A DNA stretch of 64,000 nucleotides from Octopus bimaculoides. Its lineage: Eukaryota. The first letter of the stretch is position 1; every line of letters starts with the position of its first letter. The notes below the pieces were generated by a model, which saw nothing but the letters and a program-made list of their open reading frames with translations, ran no database searches and had not been told where the DNA came from. Location of the stretch: NCBI RefSeq assembly GCF_001194135.2, contig NC_068983.1, positions 108,196,338 through 108,260,337 of the forward strand, given 5' to 3'. Position numbers and translations under genes: made by a program. This document shows positions 50,901 to 64,000 of the stretch, in pieces.

Positions 50901-52619
50901 CAATAATGGATAAAAAAGCAACTGACAGTAAAACAGGCATCAAATACATGTATTCACTAATGTAATGCAAAGATAATTAAAACACAAGAAAACTGAATGT
51001 ACAATATTTGTGAGTTGTCTGGCAGATTGATTAGGTCCAGGACGGATTCCATGCTCCACTCCTTGCTGTGACCAATTGTTTCTGTACATCTGAACCTGAA
51101 GAATATTAGTTTCGTCCTCTATGTAGAAGAGAACCACCACCAATCATCTTGGGTTACATCTACAATTTGCATTCTTACTCTCCTACAACCATGACAGATT
51201 GGTACAGGAACTAATTCATCACTCCTTAGGTTTGTGTACAGCATTTCTTGGCCTCATCCTTTGGAAAATCTCAACTCTACAGTGCAATACTATATCCTCC
51301 TGGTAACACATTTTGGTGCCCCAGATGGTTCTGAGATACTTTTCTATTTGCTGCTGTATTACCTATTCTCTTTTCTGACTTTCAGTTGCTGTCAGTTTGT
51401 ATACAACAGTTTTGAGGCAGTTTCTTGCCAAATGGATTCTTGTATCTTTAAGGTTACATTTCATCCAGATCTTGTAAACATATTTTTCAAGTTTTTTAAT
51501 TCTTTCAATAATAAAATAGGTTCTTTCTGAAAGATGACATCAGCAAACCCACCAATGCAAGATTTGCAAGTCATGGTCTTTTCTCTTTTTCTTTTTCGTC
51601 ATGGTGTTAATAGCCATGGTGGCAGCAGAAGTGAAATTTCAAGCCTTGCTCAAATGACAATTTAATAGGGTGGTGCTGTATTGTTTTAAAAGTCAAAACA
51701 ATACTTTCAATCTCTAAACTCATTCCCCCCACTTTTGGGCAAAAGATATTGACATCATGCTTTCTCAAAATTTACGAAGAAATGGGTAAATTTTACAAAT
51801 TTAATCACAAATATCCACCCTGGAAGGTGAACATTCAACAAAGCTTAGTGACTTCTCAGCATTTCTATGATGCTATGTGTCATACAGAGCAAAAAATTTT
51901 AATACTTTGAAAGTTGGTTAAAATAAAACAAAATTTACAAGTGACTCAAAACAGTCGTGTTGCTGGCACCACAAGAAAAACAACAACAACTAGTGAACAT
52001 ACAACGTTTAAATTTAATCCAAACATTCCATCAATTTTACTTTGAATACAATAAACTAGGCATAGAGTTGAATTCCTAATATCTAAAATGTTTCAAGTTT
52101 TCATTGTTTTCCTAAATTCTAACCAAACTTGAAAAAAAAAAAATGTACGAAATAGCTCTTATAAAGATAAAAGAAGTCATTTAAAATATATATAAAAATA
52201 ATCATCTGAAAATTCTAAATGAAACAAGATTACTCTGAAGTTGAAAAGGAAAATTCAATTACAGACAAAGTAATTTTAAACAATGTCTGCTTTTTTAATC
52301 TTTCAACCAAGGAATACATCTTAGATATTGGTTATTGATTGCTGAGCTGAGTATATAGATGAATCTTCACAATTTCTTGAATGATACAACAGTTGGGTGT
52401 AGCATCATTCATCATGTGTATTATTCAAAAAAGAAAAATCCTTATAAAACTATTCTCAAAGGAATCTTGTTGTCTTGTAATAGTTAAATCAAGGATCAAA
52501 TATTGCGTCAATCAATGGAGCTTCTTAATTTCATTTAGCATTTTTAATAATTGCATTTTTGAAACAAAGATAATGAATTGCTATCTTTTTATCAACTGTT
52601 TATTATGTACCTGCAAAAT

Positions 52620-53085
52620 AACTGTGACAAATTTAGGCACAAAGCCAGAGTTTTATAGGATAAAGTGGAAGTTAGCTGATGTCATCAACCCCATTACTAG
52701 ACTGGTAATTTATTTCAGGGTCCCAAATCAATGGGCAAATGAATAATTATTCATTGCCCATTGGGCAATGAATTGTCATTAGGCCATGCAGAAAGAATAC
52801 AGTTTAAAATTTTATTTCTATTTTCTCAACTGTCAGTTTGCAAGGTGTTTTTGCATTATATATGTTCAATATATGTAATAATTCAATTATATATCATACA
52901 CTTTGTGTTTTGTTCTGCATATGGTGCAAGAAAGGCTGGGAACTGCAGCTTTACTTTACTGACCACAAACGAGAAAAAATGCAAGTTACTCTCACATAAT
53001 TTGAACCCGTAACTTCAAGAGCCAGATGAAACAATGAAAGGCATTCTGTCTAAAGCTAAAACAATTCTGCATTCTACAATCATGA
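52620..53085 (-). mobile_element. Old SINE family B split by a ~250 bp insertion
   Basis: AAATTTAGGCACAAAGCCAG..CATCAACCCCATTACTAGACTGGTAATTTATT at 52625-52715 resumes as AATTTGAACCC..GGCATTCTGTC at 52997-53080. Confidence 0.5.
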
Positions 53086-54431
53086 ATATATCAGTATTAA
53101 AAATTTAATTTAATGCTCTAATCTTAGTAAGCCAAATTCAAACTATGACACACTTAATCCTTAAGATGGATTCTAAGTTAATTTTTAAATAGCTTTAAAG
53201 ACAAAAGGAGTAAAAATATTTTTTTTCTTTATCAATATAATTTTTATTGAAAAACTACATAACAATATACTCCAAACTTTTTTTTTCTATTTTATTTGCA
53301 ATGAAAGCCAAATTCGTGTAGAAATCATGTAATCAAAAATGCTACATGCTTAGTCTTGACTTCCACAGCTACATATAAAAAAGATTTCTCAATTGTATTG
53401 GATATTATTCTTTAAGTAAAAAATCTTCATATTTAACCCACTAACCCAATCTATCAAGTGTATATTATAAACAATCCTGTCACCTGGAAAGCTCCACAAA
53501 CAAAAGTACAAAATATCTTATTTTTCTCCATTACTAATAAAGAATTGTATTATGAACAATTATTCTAACTAGGATATTGCAGTTATTCAGGTTGCTGAAT
53601 GTACGTTTGACTGTTATCAGTAGGTGGATATATGTACTTCTAAAATATGCTCTCTTGCCCTTGTGCATATAAATATATACATACATACATATATACATAC
53701 ATACATACATATATACATNNNNNNNNNNNNNNNNNNNNNNNNNNNNNNNNNNNNNNNNNNNNNNNNNNNNNNNNNNNNNNNNNNNNNNNNNNNNNNNNNN
53801 NNNNNNNNNNNNNNNNNNTATATATATATATATATATATATATATACTCTTAGAATACTTAGTCAATGAGTGTTTCTTTATAAATTCTCGGAAGAAAACC
53901 AATAATAGTAACCGTAACAGCTGTAACATAAATAAATACCAGTTGAACAGACATTCTTTTAAACTGGGCTACCTCTTTCACAACGGGAACTCGAAAATTA
54001 TGGACAATATTAATTCTAATGCACCATGTTTTGTACAAACAGAATAGACAGAATCATTTAGAAACACGATACAAAAGACAAATGATTTGAACACTGCCTT
54101 TTTAGTAATGTTACAGCAGATCAAACCATCAACCATCTATAAGCAGTTAGTACAATCAATCAGGCAAATAGTATCAGATTTAAAACACACCCACTTGAAC
54201 ACATAAAGTGGAATGTATGTAAATTCCAGATCTTTAGTCTCCTCTTTGAAAATTTCACACAACAGAGAAAAACTCTTAACAAGAGCATGAATGGTGAAAC
54301 TCATACTTAACAACTCTTGTCTCACAGTTTAAACTGATCACTATGTTGGCTATATTTCTTTTTGTCAAGGAAGAGGAGAATATTTCTGGTGGTAGATACT
54401 GAGTGTTTGCCCAGTAAATCTCATACACTAT

Positions 54432-54643
54432 AATTTTTACTATAGGTACAAGGCCTGAAATTTTGGGGAAGGGTGCTAATCGATTTCATTGACCCCAGTG
54501 TTTCACTGGTACTTAATTCATCAACCCCCGAAAGGATGAAAGGCAAAGTCAATCTTGGAGGAATTTAAACTCAGAACATAGTGGCTGGTGAAATAATAAG
54601 CATTTCATCCAGCACGCTAACGATTCTGCCAGCTCACCACCTT
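54432..54643 (-). mobile_element. SINE family B, type-1 tail
   Basis: TACTATAGGTACAAGGCCTGAAATTTTGGGG..GAAAGGATGAAAGGCAAAGTCAA..CACGCTAACGATTCTGCCAGCTCACCACCTT. Confidence 0.9.
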
Positions 54644-57114
54644 CTCATACACTCATACAATGCCAAGGATGGAGGTAATTACAAAGCTTTGAGCCTGAGT
54701 ATTAAAGTGGCTTCTTCAGATCCTCAGGAGTTGGACTCAACATTTCAAGCTAAGGAGCCAACCACTTATAAATTTTACAGTGAATCATTCTCAACCTTCA
54801 TTAACTTTTTCATCTAATTGAATGGAGCTATTTAAGACATAGATATAACAGAGTGCTTGCAGAACAAAAGCAACCAAAAGGTGGCATAGCAATCTGTTAA
54901 CATGGCCATCCATCAACTACAAAAACCTAATTAATTAATCTTACATCAGTTTTCCAATCCTATATCCCAACATCACAACTCAATCATAACCTGCAAGACA
55001 AAGCTAAACACGACTCTCTACCACACCCCATAATACATGAATAACTAGTAAACTGACCTAGAAATAACTTACTAAATAATGTACAGCTGCTGGTCAGAAA
55101 GAATAGAAACTGCAAAATGTATAAGAACTCCTTCCTAATGTCAAATGGTACAGTGCTGTATCCTGTCAAGATTTGAGGTCTTTTCCCTTTCTTTAGATAT
55201 GCATTTGCTCATTTACAATGTGAATCTTTGCCATTTTGGCAAATTACCATATTTTCCAGCATTGAAGATGTTCTGATCTCGAAGATGCACCCCAGTCCTG
55301 ATTTGAACATTTGGAAAGAAGTATAAACATATGAATAAGGTCTCAGTACATTCACAAACTTTACTAAGATGTGTTGTTAGTGGCTTACCAATATATAGAT
55401 CCTATTGATCACTTATAGTCTAAATCTTTTCCTTTTGCTCTGACAGTACAGAGACACAGTAAGTTTTCTATAATAGATTACAGTCCTTTGTGATTAAAAT
55501 CGGTATATGGAAAATGTAATCTTCATCCCCTTTGACACACAGCAAATTATGAGATTTATTACAAGAAAATAAACAAAGTCTTCAAGTTCAAGAAATATGT
55601 AGTAACAAAGTTGAATAACACACCTACCCAATGTTGCCAATAACAAACACATAATCCTTTATTCCATTCTTAACATACACAAATCTGCAGTCACTAATAT
55701 ATTCTCTACATCAATCACAAATTGTTCAATAAGTAGAATTGACATTGTAACACTGTGTCACTCAGCAATCCCATGTATTCAACATTTTATTTAATTTCTA
55801 CTTCTCTAAAGAGAAAACCTAAAATAGAAAATTGCTTAACTTTATATCCCACCTCATTAAAAAGCAAGTTCTTTTAATTCATTTAATGACTGTTTAATTT
55901 TTATTTTTAACATGACCAAGATATCTGAGCCATTATGACAACCAGCCCTGATATTTTGAATCTCTATTTTCACTAATTACTGATATCAGATCCAAAAAGA
56001 CAGGAATCTTACTTTCTAATGACATCTCGTACTGAAGCTACCTATATTGTACAGCATAACATTTTTCTTAATGAAATTCTGCCTAAGGATTTATTCTTGT
56101 CTAATTAATTGAGCTAGCAGCTTCCACATAGTTACATTATCTGAGCTTCAATATCAATTTATCTTGTTCTTAAGTACATCAAGAACTTTCCAATCACTAA
56201 CATTCCAAAATTTACTTGCCTTTCTTTAAGATCCTAATAACAAGAGTTAATGACTTATATTTGTTCATTCCAAAGAGTCTACATATTCTTCACTAGTTTG
56301 GGCAAATATTAAATTTCAAGGACAGAATTGTGCTATGAATTCTTTTACATGAACACATTAATAGAAATCATATTTTCTATACAAGTCGAACGTATAGCAC
56401 AATTTTCTCATGATTATTCTTAGAAAGTTCTACCTTTTACTGCTAAAGCCCCAAAAAAGAAACAAGATTCATTTTAGAGCTTAAAGACATACTTAGGTTT
56501 TGGACAATCACTGACCATTTCCTAGGCCCAAATATAATCCATAAATAAGTTTTCAAACTGAGAAACTAGTTAGGGACCAAAATATCAGATCATATGGAAT
56601 ACAAGACAATATGCAATGATAATCTTTTTCATTCATTCAGTTTAATAGCCAAATCATATTTACATAATCATACATTAACATTTATATTTCATTATGTTCT
56701 CTCATTACGAATCTACATTTTATAATCAAAATACAATTTACTTCAATTTTGTTAGTGAGTTTGTGTGTAAGTGTGCAGTAAGACATAATTAATCTTCTTT
56801 AAAGCAAAATTTTGCATAAAGTACTAATAAATAAAATGGATTTATCCTTAAAATATATTTCCCTAAAATACAACGTATCAACAAACCCTTGTTAACAGTT
56901 CTTGAATTTAAAAGGAAAGGTATATTATTAGTCATGTTGTTACAGACCATACAGAAATGATCTGCATAGTGTGCTAAAGTTGTGCAAAATAAACTTGAAG
57001 AATGGAGGAAGTATAGGAGGACTAAGAAATAAATTAGTTCAGAATGTTATTTGCAGAAATATTTGAAGAGCAAATACCAATATGATAGAGAAGTAAAATC
57101 TGAAAATGTAACTT

Positions 57115-57146
<32 letters not shown>

Positions 57147-58591
57147 NNNNNNNNNNCTGAACTGAACTGAAGTCTGAGTGAAATAGGAGCATTTCTAAAA
57201 GGAACAGAAGAATATCACCTAAGCAGATTTTTTTTCTTTTTTTTTTTTTTACCTTTTGCTAGATTCATTAGTCTCAATCTATAATAGTTAAAATATTTGA
57301 TGCCATAAGAAAATTTCCCTTAAGTGTTACACCAAGCTTTCAATCAAAGCTAACTAAGAAAATGATATTAGGTATCTGTGAAAGTTGTTAACAATGAAAC
57401 TTGCCCGAAATGCAAAGTATCAGACAAATGTTTAATCTAATAGAATGGAGAGCCCAGAGCAAAGAGAAGCAATACAACAGAATCATAAAAAAACATGAAT
57501 AGATACTATTAATGCCAACAATATTTTCTCTATTCTTAATTACAAGGTTACTTTCAGTTTAACATTTTTATGTTACTAGTATTATTTTATTGATCCCAAA
57601 AGAATTTGAGCCATGAAGCATGATAGTTTATTGCCTTCAATATATATTACTTACATTTGTACTACTTCCAACAACATCACCTATACATACATATATACTT
57701 CTTCAAATTCTATGAAGAGAATTTCTGGTCAAATTGAAAATCTAACTTCTGTGTAGTTCTTTTTCAGAAAGAAAATGAGTGAATTATGCATTGCTAATGA
57801 TGAAAATTATAATTTCGCAATTTAGATGATACCACGCACTACTATATAGCTAAATTCATTGTGATAAGAACAAAACAAAATCTAGATACGAAATAATTTA
57901 GTTCTGTTAAACTAGTATCAAGCCTTTAAATTGAGTATGATGACTGATTCTTAATCAGTGAGGATTAAGATTATTCTATTCACCTTTTATTCAGCTGACA
58001 TGTCTCTTATACTGAATGGTTGAAAGCAATAAAACTTTAAAATATCCATTATACAAGCATGACTACAGTCTCCTACCACTATAATAAAAAATATACTTAA
58101 AATTCTTATTAAAAATAAATATAACACTATGATTATATTGTTCAAATTGTGATCTTTTAGAAAGTTACTAATCACCAGCTACTATTAGAACAAAAAACAA
58201 AAACAACTACAACCAACCTCAAACTGCGGTGCACTAAAGTTGCAATGAGTTAAAGAGTTAGCCACAGTCAACCTTGAATTATTTCCATCAAAGTCTTTGT
58301 TCAAATGTTGCTAAGTTTATAAAAATTTCTAGTTAAAACGTAATTTACCCAGATACACTTAAATTCAAATAGATTATAAAGTAATGCACACACACACATA
58401 AATATATACAGTGTAGTTTCTATTATTGCTGAGTATGCCAGGTCATCTCCATCTGAACTGATCATTTGTGGCATGGAAGAAGTCGATTGGTGTCAAGCAG
58501 GATCCAGTACATGAATCTGTTCACAAGAATATTGCAAATGTAAGATGTCAAGCTTTCCAGGACTGGTTGAACTTCAATATTGCAATATACC

Positions 58592-58789
58592 TAAGGCAGT
58601 GAACTGGCAGAATTGTTACCGCTTAGTGGTATTTCTTCCAAATTTATGAGTTCAAATGCCACTGGAGTCAACTTTGCCTCTCATCCTTTCAGCGTCAATA
58701 AAATAAGTATCAGTTGAGCACTGTAGATGATTCAATCGACTTGAACCCTCTCCTACAATTGCAGGCCTTGTGCCAAAATTTGAAACCAA
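58592..58789 (+). mobile_element. SINE family B, type-2 tail
   Basis: AAGGCAGTGAACTGGCAGAATTGTTA A box, GAGTTCAAATGCC B box, GGCCTTGTGCCAAAATTTGAAACCAAT. Confidence 0.88.
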
Positions 58790-59197
58790 TATATCAAAAT
58801 TGCAGCTCTAATCACTTTTTTTTCTTTTCATTCAAGAATATGATGTCCTATATTATGATTAATACTTAATATAAGAAATTTTATTTTTTTAAAATATATA
58901 TAGGGAGTTTGTTTTACTAGAATCTTGACAACTGCTGTGAGGAAATTAGCAAAGCTATTACAGAAGCTCTTAGGCAAGATTGCAAAATTGCCTCCAATTA
59001 ACAGTATATCAAACTAGAGTAATAGTCAACAAAAAAAAAATGTTTTAGCAAATTCCTTTGCTTTTATAAATATTAGTCTTAAAAAAATTGAAGACTGATT
59101 AGTAACATCTATAACTGTACATTAAGAAATACAAAGATATTAGATATAGTGGTTCAATGCATGTAAGGAAATTTTTAAAGCAAAGATAAGGATATTA

Positions 59198-59254
59198 TAA
59201 TTATGGATTCCGTATTGTATTTGATTTTAATTATGGGTTCTTTATTGTATTTGA
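59198..59254 (+). repeat. 30-nt period tandem duplication
   Basis: TAATTATGGATTCCGTATTGTATTTGA / TAATTATGGGTTCTTTATTGTATTTGA. Confidence 0.85.
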
Positions 59255-59391
59255 GTTGAACTTTACTATATCAATATATACACAAAAACAAAAGAAAAAA
59301 ACATGATTATAAAAGCAGGCATAATATACCAATAAGGCATACTTTTCTTCATCTCAAAATATAAACATTCCAGATTTCTGACCGTGGATCA

Positions 59392-59425
<34 letters not shown>

Positions 59426-59689
59426 ACACACACACATGTACATATTAAAATATATATTTATATATATATATATATATATATAGTTGTATACACACATGTA
59501 CATATGCACACATATACAAGAATAGTGGTGACATTTACTTTGAAGTTTCAGTCTTCTAGCCTTCATGAAGGATAGCTGGTGAAAACTTCAAAGTCTTGTA
59601 CTCTCCAAAATATATTGAGTAATCCTTCTCATCCTTCACTTTTATGTAAAACTGTTTTTAATTATAACTCAACATAAAAACAAGCATTA

Positions 59690-59728
<39 letters not shown>

Positions 59729-59738
59729 NNNNNNNNNN

Positions 59739-59773
<35 letters not shown>

Positions 59774-60113
59774 ATAAGATAAAGAGACCAATGGCAAAGG
59801 TAGAATTATATTTTATGTATATTATATTTTATATATATGTATATATGTATATACACAGACACACACACACAAACATACACTAACATTATACACATATAAG
59901 ACACAAGCATATACATATTTATAACATATCTATATGCATATATGCAAAAACAGTGGTCAATTATTGATGTTAAATAGAAAATTTCAAAAAAGGTTAAACA
60001 CTGTAGCATGTACACGTAATTGCACTCTTCCTGTCTAGGATTTATTTCCTCACTAAACATCACATCACTTGTTGCACACACACACACACGTGCACATACA
60101 CACACATACACAT

Positions 60114-60162
<49 letters not shown>

Positions 60163-61071
60163 TATACACACAGCAAAAACAATACAAATTATTTCATAAA
60201 GGAAACAGAAATGCAAATAGAAAGATTATGAGGAAACAGTACAAACAGAATCAATCTATATATTTCTATTCATATATGAAATTCTGAACGGTATTTATAG
60301 TATGAATTCACTTCAACATCAATAATATATCACATTGGAGCCATTTTTAGGTTTCTTCTCAGAATGGTTCCAATGCCTAACTAAACCCTCTACCATACAA
60401 TTCACTAAACTGGTCTATTGATTTTCCTTCAATAAATTCTGTTTGAGGGTAATTGCATGAAGCACACTAAAACTTCTCTTTCTCTCTTTCTCTCTCTTTT
60501 TTTTTTTTGTTAACTAATATCAAATTCCAAGCATATTATAACAGAAGAGTTAGAAGTGAAATTAATATTAAGCAGTAAGAGAAAGAAATAATCATGTCTT
60601 TTATAAAATCCTTTCTTTTCTTTTTTTGCATGTGTTCTTTTTAGTATAAAACTTATAAATGAATAAAAGTTCAAAAAAACGAAAAAGAAAATAAAGATAA
60701 GTATCTTGGAAAAATATACCATGCATAAATATATACATATATATATCAATAACACTATATACAGTTCTTCCTTCTCATAATTCAGATGACAGACTTTTAT
60801 CAGNNNNNNNNNNNNNNNNNNNNNNNNNNNNNNNNNNNNNNNNNNNNNNNNNNNNNNNNNNNNNNNNNNNNNNNNNNNNNNNNNNNNNNNNNNNNNNNNN
60901 NNNNNNNNNNNNNNNNNNNNNNNNNNNNNNNNNNNNNNNNNNNNNNNNNNNNNNNNNNNNNNNNNNNNNNNNNNNNNNNNNNNNNNNNNNNNNNNNNNNN
61001 NNNNNNNNNNNNNNNNNNNNNNNNNNNNNNNNNNNNNNNNNNNNNNNNNNNNNNNNNNNNNNNNNNNNNNN

Positions 61072-61132
<61 letters not shown>

Positions 61133-61669
61133 ATGTGTGTGTGTGTATATATATATACATATATATCTTTCAAAACGCAAGGCAAAAAGATTGCCAAATA
61201 AAATTAGGAGTGAAAATAAATAAATCCCTTCCATAATTTCAGTAGGTAAAACAATAGCATAAGATATATGGATTTAATTGGTAGTGATCAGGATAGAATT
61301 TTATCCTGTTAGCTCCAAATATCAATCAGTGTCTTACTCATTTTCCTTGATAGAAGACAGAGGAAAATAACAATTTATGACCATATTTGGAATTAATTTA
61401 TGTCAAACGCTATATTGAATGAATACTTCCTTTATGGATGGATAAGACAATTTTTGAATTAACTTTCCTATCGGAAAAGACACCAGACAAATGGAATATA
61501 AGAAAATAAAAAAAAAAAAAAACAGAAAAGGAAAAAAAATGAAAAAAAATTGCAAAGCAATTTTATTTTGAAAAATTAATGTATGCTTCAACATAACTAG
61601 AGTAAAGAAAATCTGTAGCTTGTAAACTGCCCTAACACACAAAACCATACTTCATTAAAGAATTCATTC

Positions 61670-63010
61670 GTACATATAAATATAGATAGATAGATAAACA
61701 GATAGATAAAACAGACAAACAGATGGATAACACAGGTAAAGAGATAGATAAATAGATATCAGTACACACATACCAATGTACCCACTCATATATATCCACA
61801 CATTACACACACATACATATGCATACATACATAGATATATATATACATACATACATAGATATATACAAACAAATATACACATACATATATACATTTCCAT
61901 ACATATATATATATACACATATATAAATATAGACATGATATATACATATATATCTACACATACATATATGCCTACATACATATATATATATATATATATA
62001 CACATATATATATATATACATATATATACACATATATATATGTACATATATATACACACATATATATATACATATATATACACACATATATATATACATA
62101 TATATACACACATATATACANNNNNNNNNNNNNNNNNNNNNNNNNNNNNNNNNNNNNNNNNNNNNNNNNNNNNNNNNNNNNNNNNNNNNNNNNNNNNNNN
62201 NNNNNNNNNNNNNNNNNNNNNNNNNNNNNNNNNNNNNNNNNNNNNNNNNNNNNNNNNNNNNNNNNNNNNNNNNNNNNNNNNNNNNNNNNNNNNNNNNNNN
62301 NNNNNNNNNNNNNNNNNNNNNNNNNNNNNNNNNNNNNNNNNNNNNNNNNNNNNNNNNNNNNNNNNNNNNNNNNNNNNNNNNNNNNNNNNNNNNNNNNNNN
62401 NNNNNNNNNNNNNNNNNNNNNNNNNNNNACAAACATATATATACACATATATATACACTACATATACACACACGTATTTATACACATATATATGCATACA
62501 CTCATATATATATATACACATATACACATACAGACACATATATACACACACATATATATATATACACACACACATATATACACATATATATATACACACA
62601 TATATACACACACATATATACACACATATATGTACATATATATATATATATATATATACACATGCATAATATATATACACATACACATATATACATATCT
62701 ATACACATACATACTTATGCACACACACACACACATATATATATACATATATATGTATATATATATATATACACATATACACACATACATATATGTATAT
62801 ATATATATACATATTATACACACACAAACATATTTAAAGACACATATGTGTGAACATACTATGAGTGTGTGTGCACATATATATAAATACATATACATAT
62901 ATATTTATATACTTATATATACTCTATATGTACAGGCTTGTATATGTTTGTGCATATACACACACTATATATATAGATATATATATATATAGATATATGT
63001 GTGTGTGTGT
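61670..63010. repeat. ~1.3 kb compound (TA)/(CA)/(TACA) simple-repeat field with gap
   Basis: Direct; source of all the long YI/HT/CV ORFs at 61664-63095. Smaller fields at 6355-6490, 11698-11822, 14738-14810, 19360-19438, 23520-23660, 25530-25690, 59395-59515, 60070-60172. Confidence 0.97.
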
Positions 63011-64000
63011 GTGTAATGAAATATTGTGTGCATACACAATCATAAATCATATGTACATTGATATATCATACATACGAACGCACATAGAGTTATAAAGAAA
63101 TTTTAATTTGAATGCAATGACACTAAAATCTGTTTGTGTATAAGTTAATATGACTACTAAAACCCCCACTGGAATCACGTTATTGCGTTATTTTCGCTTT
63201 CCTTTTACAAAGATTCTCTTAACTCTAGTGAATTTAAATTTTATTCTATTTAAAATCCTTCAGAAGAAAACTTTTTCCCCAGAAGAATTTATTTATTTAT
63301 TTTTATTTTAGCACATCAATTCGATGTTTCTTGGTAGGATTAAGAAAAATTTTTGTTTTAAATATAACATAATATAACCCTGAATGGTATTACCTATAAA
63401 GTATATGTTTCAATATGTTCCATATTGAAACTATATTACCAAGACATTCTTGTCGGATATGTTAAGGAAAGTTTTTTTTTTTTTTTTTATTATAAGTAGT
63501 GTTATGGTTTTCTCCATTGATCTTCTAAGGAAGAAAAAAATTGAGCCACAACTTCATTAAAATATGGTAAAAAAAAAAATACCAAATATTGTATTAGTGA
63601 GAAATCTGTATTACGTTTCTCTGAATAAAATTCTTCACGAAAATTATTTAGTTAAACCTATTAAAACTGGACACTTATTTCTAGTTTAAGACAAAGTTGC
63701 GAAAGGGTAGTCGTTACACAATGATGGTGCTAAGTGGCAGTGCTTGCAGATCTCATTAGGAACTAGAGACACAATACCTTTCCGAAAGCAAAATCTATTG
63801 GTTTTCTATGGATTAATGATGTCCAGTGTATGATATTTCAAGACTGAATGTAGAGAATTAAAATAAGTGAAAATTCAGAAAGATGAAAAAATTCCGATTG
63901 ATAATTTTAATATCTTACATAATAAGGAAAAGGGAAATCATAAATTATAAAAATAAATTTCGCAAAAAAAAAAAAAAAAAAAATAGGTTTATAACTAGAC

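Noticed and set aside
51000-51650. Minus-strand stretch with peptide-like pieces (IEKYLRTIWGTK), possibly an ancient R4/Dong-type LINE; similar unresolved blocks at 28600-29950 and 54660-55350
   Set aside because: Multiple stops and only a vague motif resemblance; needs translated HMM search against LINE proteins.
1-64000. CRISPR array, rRNA, prokaryotic operon or contaminant segment
   Set aside because: No regularly spaced repeat-spacer series, no rRNA-like block and no gene-dense region.

Overview
Strongly AT-rich animal genomic DNA from a draft short-read scaffold with 9 N-gaps. The SINE repertoire and the density of (TA)n/(CA)n/(AAT)n arrays look like Octopus (recognition from memory, not a database result). 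I can support no host protein-coding exon, tRNA, rRNA or CRISPR array; most long ORFs in the track are translated microsatellites or N-gaps. The window is intronic/intergenic and dominated by transposon remains: a Tigger/pogo remnant (2770-3595), a TIR-bounded DD34D mariner (30030-31018), a Tc1/mariner N-terminal fragment (46140-46609), a Penelope-like GIY-YIG remnant (21423-22117), three very young RTE LINE 3' ends, hAT-, piggyBac- and Merlin-like MITEs, a Helitron-like element and more than 25 tRNA-headed SINE copies. The structure these features do not explain is a recurring set of local copy events: three insertions matching sequence 1-2.6 kb away (two demonstrably interrupt a transposase), three forward-inverted-forward micro-triplications, and a ~130 bp inverted pair 2.3 kb apart. 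Also notable: a decayed hammerhead-like motif, a fold-back MITE carrying telomeric repeats, and a stack of four SINEs. All alignments and counts were done by eye.
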